Assembly (NCBI GenBank): GCA_043718025.1
Contig: JAYSWN010000131.1
Location: forward strand, 1 to 26,365
DNA from: Pseudomonadota bacterium
Lineage (GTDB): Bacteria > Bdellovibrionota > FAC87 > UBA2466
DNA: 26,365 nt
Direction of reading: 5' to 3'
Positions within the stretch are counted from its first letter, which is position 1. Each line of letters begins with the position of its first letter. The notes beneath the pieces were generated by a model, which saw only the letters and a list, made by a program, of their open reading frames with translations, did not search any database and was not told the DNA's origin. Below are positions 7,909 to 15,048 of this stretch, in pieces. The position numbers and the translations under genes were made by a program.

Positions 7909-7935
7909 TTATCGGCAAGGTGAGGTGGGCAATTA
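7909..7935 (-). promoter_or_regulatory. Sigma28 (FliA)-type promoter
   Basis: Minus strand TAAT-N15-GCCGATAA versus consensus TAAA-N15-GCCGATAA, followed by SD-like GAGGG and the ATG at 7890. Confidence 0.65.
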
Positions 7936-8105
7936 AACCGGCTCTTTAGCGCAACGCGTCGGCCAGCGCTTGTTGCCCGTGCGAAAATTCTCGCTGCAGT
8001 AGACTTGCCGGTGAGTGCCTTTAAGTATACGAATTGACACAACTAAAATAGTAACCCCCTTACAATTATATTTATATAGTAACGACAATCGGGTAAGCTC
8101 CCAAT

Positions 8106-9131
8106 GTGACCACGAAGCAGAAAATTTTATCCCTTGCCCAGGCCGGCCCGCTGACCAGTTCCGCGATCGCAAAAAAACTATCGATCAGCCGGCAGACCAT
8201 TGCTTCGCACTTAAGAAGGCTGGTTGAGGACGGGAAGTTGATGCGTACCGGGACTACCCGTGGCGCCATTTACACCAGGGCTTCAAAAAGTGGCGTAAAT
8301 CGACCAAAGCAAACCACTCTGATCCTGGTGAAAAACCTAAAAGGGTTGGAGGAAGATCGGGTTTACCGAGAAATTGAAGCGAGGATCGGGTTAAAAGAGA
8401 AAGTAACCGAAAATTGCCGTTCTATTTTGGCCTACGCTTTCACCGAGATGCTGAACAACGCCATCGACCATTCGGGAGGAGTCAAGGCCTTCATCAGCTT
8501 TAGAATAGATCAGAAAAATGTTTCGTTCACCGTTCGTGATCACGGAGTGGGCATTTTCTATAAAGTGAGGCGTTCCTTCAAACTAAACGACGAGTTCACC
8601 GCCATGGAACATCTGTTTAAGGGGAAACAGACCACCGATCCTAAGAATCATTCTGGCGAAGGTATTTTTTTTACCTCACGCATTGCTGAAAAATTTACGT
8701 TGCGAAGTCACGAATGGAATTCGCTTATCGACAATCAAAAGAAAGATGTTTTTGTTTCGGAAAAGCGACCGCTCAAGGGCACCTTGGTGGAGTTCTTAAT
8801 TTCTAGGAACACCAAGAAAAAACTGGGCGAGCTGTTCTCAAAGTTTAGCAATGATGAGTTCGAGTTTGATAAAAACGAATCTCGCCTGAAGCTGTCCGAG
8901 CATACCGGAACGTTGTCGCGATCACAGGCGAAGCGTCTGTTGTTTGGTTTAGAAAAGTATCGGCGGGTGGTGCTCGATTTTTCGGGAGTGAAAGAAATTG
9001 GGCAGGGTTTCGTTGATGAAGTATTTCGGGTCTATCGTGGGGCTCACCCCGAAGTTCTGATCACTTGGGTCAATGCCGCGCGGGGAGTAGAATTTATGAT
9101 TCGTCGGGCGTTAGTGGCGACCAAGCTCTAA
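8106..9131 (+). CDS. Winged-HTH + HATPase_c + STAS-like (DUF4325) domain protein
   Basis: HTH segment IAKKLSISRQTIASHLRRLVEDG; N-box EMLNNAIDHS; G1 DHGVGI; G2 SGEGIFF; C-terminal SRSQAKRL...VVLDFSGVKEIGQGFVDEVF. GTG start. Confidence 0.8.
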   Translation: MTTKQKILSLAQAGPLTSSAIAKKLSISRQTIASHLRRLVEDGKLMRTGTTRGAIYTRASKSGVNRPKQTTLILVKNLKGLEEDRVYREIEARIGLKEKVTENCRSILAYAFTEMLNNAIDHSGGVKAFISFRIDQKNVSFTVRDHGVGIFYKVRRSFKLNDEFTAMEHLFKGKQTTDPKNHSGEGIFFTSRIAEKFTLRSHEWNSLIDNQKKDVFVSEKRPLKGTLVEFLISRNTKKKLGELFSKFSNDEFEFDKNESRLKLSEHTGTLSRSQAKRLLFGLEKYRRVVLDFSGVKEIGQGFVDEVFRVYRGAHPEVLITWVNAARGVEFMIRRALVATKL

Positions 9132-9154
9132 CCGGCGAACCGGCGGCCGGTGGT

Positions 9155-9982
9155 TTAAAACAACATTCCAAACTGCAGCCCAATCATCCCTGAAATTTGA
9201 TTGAAGCCAAAGTTTAACTGTTCGCCTTCGGTCTTGCTTAAATACATTCCGCCCCCCTGTAACCCCATGTTGAACCGCTTACCGAAAACCCAACGGTTGC
9301 CCAATCCAAACCGCACCGCAATCGAGCCTAGGTTTTCGGTGACTTCAAGTCCGGTCGTCGTATCCACCGCTTTTCCGGTGACCGAAAAATAGCCCAGGCC
9401 CAAAAAGAAGTAGAGGCGACGATAGCGCTCCTTAAAATAGTAGTGAAAGTGCAAATTCGCGCCGATGACGGTAAGGGCCGGACCGGAAGTGGCGTAAAAA
9501 GGTTCGATGCCTAATATAGTTTTAGTACCGATTGCGTAGTCGATAGTCAGGGGTATCAAAAAGAAAGTGGCGGGAGCAAAAACAATTACCCCGGTTGAAA
9601 TGTTAAGGGCTTGCTTGATCGGCGGCTTGGCGCCCTTAGGCCCGGGTGCCGAAACGTCGGTTTTGCTATCGGCCAAGTTAAATTTTTCGTTGCCACGCAC
9701 CAGCAGCCCTTCGTTGGGCATGAACTGTGTCACTCCACGTAGAATGCGAATTTCAACCGTATTGGCATCAGAAGAAATCACCGAACCGCAGGCTACGGTT
9801 TTACGATTGCGGTAAATGCAAATGCCTTCGTTAGCGTTGTAGGGGCCCGGTTCGGCGGTAAAACGCACGATAAGGCGATTTCCCGAAACGCTTTTTACGG
9901 CAACTTTATAAACCGTTTCAGCGTGGGCCCGATGACTACCCGTGGAAAGGGCAAGGGTCAGAAGCAGAGCTAGATGTTTCAC
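9155..9982 (-). CDS. Exported protein with small N-terminal beta domain and C-terminal outer-membrane beta-barrel
   Basis: Signal peptide ending AHA; amphipathic strands (FHYYF, FFLGLGYF, FGLGNRWVF); terminal Phe (GLQFGMLF). GTGA overlap with the upstream gene. Confidence 0.65.
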   Translation of the reverse strand: MKHLALLLTLALSTGSHRAHAETVYKVAVKSVSGNRLIVRFTAEPGPYNANEGICIYRNRKTVACGSVISSDANTVEIRILRGVTQFMPNEGLLVRGNEKFNLADSKTDVSAPGPKGAKPPIKQALNISTGVIVFAPATFFLIPLTIDYAIGTKTILGIEPFYATSGPALTVIGANLHFHYYFKERYRRLYFFLGLGYFSVTGKAVDTTTGLEVTENLGSIAVRFGLGNRWVFGKRFNMGLQGGGMYLSKTEGEQLNFGFNQISGMIGLQFGMLF

Positions 9983-10473
9983 CCGATGGCCTCTTTGAAG
10001 TCTGGATTGCGACGAGACTGCATGCTGTGGAGGTGCTCTTGCCTTACCGCGTTAATGATCGCTTCGAGCTCTTTAAACTCATCGCCTTTGCGCAGGCGAA
10101 AATCACGAGTCCAATCGCCACGGCTAAACAGCCAAAGGTGGCGCTGAATGGCAAAGAGCGGACCGGTTAGCCGCCGGGTGACAAAGAGGGAGATGCCAAA
10201 CAGCACCGTTACTGAAAATAAAAAAAGAAGAAAAAGCGAAGTCTCTAAAAACCGCTGCTCCCGCCGCACAATCTCAACCACCTGCGCCGACACCCCAAGC
10301 TCGTCACCCATGAACAGGTTGTAATTTCGTTGAATAAACCAAGCCATAACAAAGATCATTACCAGCGCGGTTAGGCCGCCCGCCAAGGTCATCAGCATGG
10401 TGTATTTGAGCTGAACCGGAAGGGAGCGAAACCTTCTTTCCGGTAAAGAACTAGAAGTGTTTTTAGGGGGCAT
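9979..10473 (-). CDS. Two-TM membrane protein with HAMP domain and no output domain
   Basis: Two hydrophobic segments, then TRRLTGPL...RGD...RLRKGDEFKELEAIIN (HAMP pattern); the protein ends about 20 aa later. Confidence 0.7.
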   Translation of the reverse strand: MPPKNTSSSLPERRFRSLPVQLKYTMLMTLAGGLTALVMIFVMAWFIQRNYNLFMGDELGVSAQVVEIVRREQRFLETSLFLLFLFSVTVLFGISLFVTRRLTGPLFAIQRHLWLFSRGDWTRDFRLRKGDEFKELEAIINAVRQEHLHSMQSRRNPDFKEAIG

Positions 10474-10511
10474 CGTTTAATTTTACCATCACCCGAATCA
10501 GTTCGGTTTTT

Positions 10512-11591
10512 CTAAAAAGACGCGGTGAGTCGTTTGGCGAACTCACGAAGATCAGCCAACCCTGCCATCGGCTCAGGCGAACGGGGAATGGAGATCACCG
10601 GGAGTGGTGCGTAGCGGTCTTTGAAGCGCTGCTGCCAGTAGAGATGGGCTACGGCGATTTGATCGCGGAGGCCTAAGTATTTTTGCCACTCCGCTTGGGA
10701 TTCGGCCGGGAGTGTTTTGATCTCCTCTTGCCAATTCTGCGGACGCGGTTCGAGTTGGTTTAGAAAAATAGCGCGAATTGAAATCTGAAACTCTTTCAAC
10801 GCGCTGGAGAAACCGACTGATTCTCCAAAACGAGTTTCGTTGGGCAAACTGACAAGAAAAACGCTAGTTTTGTCGTCGGAAAGTAAATTCAATACTCTTT
10901 GATGACGCTCGACGAAACCGGCTTCCATGCCTTCAATGTACGAAAGAAGTTCGGCCAGTTGATCAAAAAAGCCGCCGCCAAAAATTTTTTGCAATAATTT
11001 CATGGCGAGCTTCGTGCCCTGTTTCAGAAACGAAAACGGACCGCCAGAATCGGCCCGGAACCAACGCACCACCTGACCATCCATAAATTCTGCCATTCGT
11101 CGCGGCGCCGTAAACAGGTCCATGGCGTTGGCGGTAGGCGGCGTATCAATAATAATTTTGTCGAATCGATCGTCTTCGGCAAACTCTAACAATCGTTCCA
11201 TGGCCGCGTACTCTTGTGTGCCACCTAAGTGGCTCATGGTGAGGCGGTATAGCGGGTGGGCCAGGATCTTTTGTCGTTGCTCTTCGGTTTTTGCAAACTT
11301 TTCCATCAGCCGATCGAAATAGCGACTTGAATCCAACATCGATCCAAAGAGGCTGGCTTCGGGGGCAAAGGGGAGGGGGATGGGGTGAACGTCTTCCTTA
11401 AATTGGGTAAAACCAAGCGCCTGGGCTAATCGCCTGGCTGGGTCTACGGTGAGCACGAGGGTGCGGTATCCTTTTTCAGCCAATGCAATGCCTAGGCTTG
11501 CGGCCAGTGTGGTTTTTCCCACACCACCGGCGCCACAAACCACAAACAGTCGTTGTTTCTCAAATTCTAGCGTTTCAAGGTTTGCGATCAT
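10512..11591 (-). CDS. ArsA/Get3-family ATPase, subunit B type (Rv3680/BagB-like)
   Basis: VCGAGGVGKTT P-loop, TVDPARRLA switch I, GTQEYAAMERL, IIDTPPT switch II. Confidence 0.85.
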   Translation of the reverse strand: MIANLETLEFEKQRLFVVCGAGGVGKTTLAASLGIALAEKGYRTLVLTVDPARRLAQALGFTQFKEDVHPIPLPFAPEASLFGSMLDSSRYFDRLMEKFAKTEEQRQKILAHPLYRLTMSHLGGTQEYAAMERLLEFAEDDRFDKIIIDTPPTANAMDLFTAPRRMAEFMDGQVVRWFRADSGGPFSFLKQGTKLAMKLLQKIFGGGFFDQLAELLSYIEGMEAGFVERHQRVLNLLSDDKTSVFLVSLPNETRFGESVGFSSALKEFQISIRAIFLNQLEPRPQNWQEEIKTLPAESQAEWQKYLGLRDQIAVAHLYWQQRFKDRYAPLPVISIPRSPEPMAGLADLREFAKRLTASF

Positions 11592-12469
11592 ATTGAACCA
11601 CCGCCATTGCGCAGTGGCGAGAGGTGATCGCGCATTTGAAGGATAAGTCCTTCCAGAGTTTTTTCGGCAAATTGCGGGATGGTGATGAGCGGTAGACCCG
11701 CTTGTTTGGCATTTTGTAAATGGGTCATCTCATCCTCACGCCGTGCGTTGTACTGTTGACGGGCTATGGTCAAGGCTGGCGGCACTTGGCTGGGCAGACT
11801 TAAGTCGAATTCCGGTAAACAGCGGTTGATCAGAAAGAACCCCAAATTCACCTGCAATATTTCCAAGAGCTTGCTCTTCAACTCAAGACTTTCGGTGATG
11901 GGCATCTCTTCAGGCAAGCCCACAAGGTCGATGCGGCACTGATTCGATTTCCAAAGTTCTAAAATTCTTGTGGTTTGATCGTGAACAAAGCCCACCGGAA
12001 AGATCTTTTGAACGCCGATCGTGGAGTGGAAAAATGAAACTGCGTGGCCGCTGGCCGGTAGATCCACGATTACCAAATCTTGGGTACGGGCGTGCACCAG
12101 GTCCCAAATTTTTCCGGCCACAATCGTCTCGGCCAAACCGGGCGCGGCCAGAACAAAGGAGCGAAAAATTCGGTTATCAAAAACCAAGTTAAAAAGGGGC
12201 TCTACTTTAAAGTGTTTGATCACGTACTCTTTAAAACACGCCAAAGTCTCCAGTTTTTCCCAACCGACGCCGCCGCCAATCAGCCACGCGGGAGGGGCGG
12301 TTTCGGTAAACGGCGACCAGCTGGCCAAAACTACCCTGGCCCCGGCGCGTTGGCAGGCCAGCGCGGTTGCCCAGGCAAGGCTCGACTTTCCCACCCCCCC
12401 TTTTCCGGTGAAAAAGAGGACCTTGCGGCGCAAACAGTCATCGAGGTAGGCGGCGGAATCATCTGGCAT
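11588..12469 (-). CDS. ArsA/Get3-family ATPase, subunit A type (Rv3679/BagA-like)
   Basis: FTGKGGVGKSS P-loop, APGLAE...GKIW, VDLPASGH, LPEEMPITES. ATGA overlap with its partner. Confidence 0.8.
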   Translation of the reverse strand: MPDDSAAYLDDCLRRKVLFFTGKGGVGKSSLAWATALACQRAGARVVLASWSPFTETAPPAWLIGGGVGWEKLETLACFKEYVIKHFKVEPLFNLVFDNRIFRSFVLAAPGLAETIVAGKIWDLVHARTQDLVIVDLPASGHAVSFFHSTIGVQKIFPVGFVHDQTTRILELWKSNQCRIDLVGLPEEMPITESLELKSKLLEILQVNLGFFLINRCLPEFDLSLPSQVPPALTIARQQYNARREDEMTHLQNAKQAGLPLITIPQFAEKTLEGLILQMRDHLSPLRNGGGSI

Positions 12470-12493
12470 CGAGCGAAGATAGCCTAGGAAACG

Positions 12494-12514
12494 GCGTGTG
12501 AAAAGTTGACACGC
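12494..12514. promoter_or_regulatory. Palindromic operator candidate containing a TTGACA -35 element
   Basis: GCGTGTGAA-AAG-TTGACACGC: 9-bp arms with 1 mismatch, in the 116-nt spacer between divergent operons. Confidence 0.5.
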
Positions 12515-12585
12515 AATCTTTTGAGACGGATAACATTTGGCGCAAATTTAAAATATTTAAAAGCTATATTTTTAAGGTTTAAACC

Positions 12586-13107
12586 ATGCCTAAACCCCCT
12601 TTTCCTGAAGTCCCGGAGGCGATGTCTCGTCGCACTTTTATCAGTTGGCTTTCTGTCGGCTGGGCCGCGTTTCTTGGGGCCTCGGTAGCGGGAGTTTCCG
12701 CCGTCGGCCGGCTGTTTTTTCCCAACATCACTTTTGAACCGCCCCAACAATTTAAGGCGGGGTTTCCGGCCGAATACGTAGTCAATAAAGTGGATGAACG
12801 TTTTAAGAAAAAGTATGGCGTATGGATCGTGCGCAACGAACGAGGAATTTACGTTCTTTCCACGGTCTGCACTCACTTAGGTTGCACTCCGAACTGGCTC
12901 GATGCCGAAAGCAAATTCAAGTGTCCTTGCCACGGTAGTGGCTTTTACAACACAGGTATCAACTTCGAAGGGCCGGCACCGCGTCCGTTGGAGCGTTTTA
13001 AGGTTTTAATGGCCGAAGACGGCCAAATTTTTGTGGATAAGACCGCAAAGTACCAATTTGAAAAAGGGCAGTGGAATGACCCCGCGTCATTTATGGATAT
13101 TGCTTAA
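12586..13107 (+). CDS. Rieske [2Fe-2S] subunit of a Rieske/cytochrome b complex
   Basis: Tat motif SRRTFI plus TM helix; CTHLGC and CPCHGS boxes; GPAPRPL. Confidence 0.95.
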   Translation: MPKPPFPEVPEAMSRRTFISWLSVGWAAFLGASVAGVSAVGRLFFPNITFEPPQQFKAGFPAEYVVNKVDERFKKKYGVWIVRNERGIYVLSTVCTHLGCTPNWLDAESKFKCPCHGSGFYNTGINFEGPAPRPLERFKVLMAEDGQIFVDKTAKYQFEKGQWNDPASFMDIA

Positions 13108-13146
13108 ACCCAAGCCCCTGTTTTTTTAGTTAGAGGAAGTAGAGTT

Positions 13147-13929
13147 ATGGCCAAAGGGATCTTTAGTAGCATTCGGGAATCGCAGGCATGGAAGGCCATC
13201 TTCCGCCATGGCCCGCCCACCAATCCTAAGAACCGCGTTTTAATTGTCTTGATGAACGTTTTTTTGCACCTTCATCCCATCCGCATGAAAAAGTCAGGCG
13301 TGCGCATGAGCTTTACGTGGTGCATGGGCGGTATCACCTTTTTTCTATTCATGGTCGAAACGATTACCGGCGTCCTGTTGATGTTTTATTACCGACCAAC
13401 GGCTGATTTTGCTTACGCCGATATTATCGCCCTGCGTGAGCATGTGCCCATCGGCATCATGCGTGAAGTGCACCGTTGGGGCGCTCATGCCATGGTGATC
13501 AGCGTATGGCTGCACATGTTCCGCGTATTTTTAACCGGCTCTTACAAACCGCCGCGTGAGTTTAACTGGGGGATCGGAGTCGTGCTTTTAGTGCTCACGA
13601 TGTTACTCAGTTTCACCGGCTACCTGTTGCCTTGGGATCAGTTGGCGATTTGGGCGATCACCGTGGGCAGTAACATGGGCCGCGCCACGCCGTTTATGGG
13701 CAGCGAAGGTCCCGGCGCCTCGCTCATTAACATGCTGATGGGCTTTGATGTGGTGCACTCGGGAAGTGACGTGCGCTTTGCGTTGCTAGCAGGACGCTTG
13801 GTGGGAGAAGCTACGTTGCTGCGTTTCTACGTGCTCCATTGTATTTTTATTCCAATCGTGGCCAGCGTGCTTATGGCTGCCCACTTTTGGCGCGTTAGAA
13901 AGGACGGGGGAATCTCCGGACCCCTGTAG
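13147..13929 (+). CDS. petB: Cytochrome b6-like N-terminal subunit (split cytochrome b)
   Basis: WCMGGITF, YYRPT, HRWGAH...LHMFRVF, PREFNW, TGYLLPWDQ, FYVLH...AAHF, GISGPL terminus. Confidence 0.93.
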   Translation: MAKGIFSSIRESQAWKAIFRHGPPTNPKNRVLIVLMNVFLHLHPIRMKKSGVRMSFTWCMGGITFFLFMVETITGVLLMFYYRPTADFAYADIIALREHVPIGIMREVHRWGAHAMVISVWLHMFRVFLTGSYKPPREFNWGIGVVLLVLTMLLSFTGYLLPWDQLAIWAITVGSNMGRATPFMGSEGPGASLINMLMGFDVVHSGSDVRFALLAGRLVGEATLLRFYVLHCIFIPIVASVLMAAHFWRVRKDGGISGPL

Positions 13930-13937
13930 AGGCTTAA

Positions 13938-15038
13938 ATGGCACAGCTTGGAAATATCATCACCTCAGCGATCAACTCAATCAGCTCACCCGGGCTGCTG
14001 TTTACAATCTCATCCGTAGTCTTTTTCTTGCTGCTGTTTAAATGGCGCGAATGGTTTGGCAAAAAGTCGTCGCTCTACATCATGTTGGGCAGCTTGGCTG
14101 CTTTCATTGCGTTGAGCATGCTCAACGATACGTTTAGAGCCGTTGTCGCCAAGCCTGATAACGTGCCCATCGTTGGCATGTTATTTTTGCTGCTAATTTT
14201 TACCTGGCTGCCCATTCACATTGGCAACATCAACGATAAGCTGATCGAAGAAGGCAAAGACGTCTTAAACAAGAAAGAGGCGAAAGAGCTCGTCTTCACG
14301 TGGCCCGACTTGGTTTTCAGCGAGTTTATTTGCTCAATTTTGGTTACGGCGGGTCTGTTGGTTTGGTCGATCGTGCTCAAGGCGCCGCTTGAAGAACCGG
14401 CCAATCCGGTGGAAACGCCCAACCCCTCTAAAGCGCCCTGGTACTTCTTGGGGCTGCAAGAAATGTTGGTCTACTACGACCCGTGGCTAGCTGGCGTGGT
14501 GTTCCCCACGTTGATTTTGGTGGGTTTGATTTTGCTGCCGTTCATCGACACCAATCCCAAAGGCAATGGGTACTATACGTTTAAAGAGCGAAAATTTGCG
14601 ATCACCACCTTTTTGTATGGGTTTTTGATCTTGTGGTCGCTTCTGATCGTGTTTGGTACCTTTTTACGTGGCCCAAACTGGAACTTTTTCGGCCCTTACG
14701 AATTTTGGGATCTTCATAAGTTGGAAGTGCTCAATAACGTCAACTTGTCGGAGTACATTTTCCGCGAGATGGGGATTAATGGGGGTAAGCTTCCCGATAA
14801 TATTCTGCTTCGCGAGTCTTTCGGGTTTATTCTCGTCATCGCTTATTTCGTTTTGGGCCCTTGGCTGCTTGAGAAAAAAGTGATGCCGGAAATGGCGAAG
14901 CAGATGGGCAAGCCACGCTTTTTTATTTTGGCCTTTCTGCTGTTGAGCATGGCCTCGTTACCTATCAAAATGGTGCTGCGCTGGACAATTAATCTCAAGT
15001 ACATCGTGGCGATTCCAGAGTTTTTCTTTAATATCTGA
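13938..15038 (+). CDS. Subunit IV-like (cytochrome b C-terminal) protein with extra N- and C-terminal TM helices
   Basis: FTWPDLV, APLEEPANPVETPNPSKAPWYFLG (PEWY-equivalent), LLPFID, FLRGPNW; many TM segments. Confidence 0.88.
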   Translation: MAQLGNIITSAINSISSPGLLFTISSVVFFLLLFKWREWFGKKSSLYIMLGSLAAFIALSMLNDTFRAVVAKPDNVPIVGMLFLLLIFTWLPIHIGNINDKLIEEGKDVLNKKEAKELVFTWPDLVFSEFICSILVTAGLLVWSIVLKAPLEEPANPVETPNPSKAPWYFLGLQEMLVYYDPWLAGVVFPTLILVGLILLPFIDTNPKGNGYYTFKERKFAITTFLYGFLILWSLLIVFGTFLRGPNWNFFGPYEFWDLHKLEVLNNVNLSEYIFREMGINGGKLPDNILLRESFGFILVIAYFVLGPWLLEKKVMPEMAKQMGKPRFFILAFLLLSMASLPIKMVLRWTINLKYIVAIPEFFFNI

Positions 15039-15048
15039 GAGCTAGATT

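Noticed and set aside
10512..12469. Arsenite-resistance (arsA) annotation, also tempting given the TIGR04283-like GT
   Set aside because: No ars transporter, reductase or regulator is nearby, and the motifs fit the Get3/BagAB-like pair. The GT is 11 kb away in a different operon.
12484..12876. 130-aa minus-strand ORF
   Set aside because: Antisense to the Rieske gene and spans the divergent promoter.
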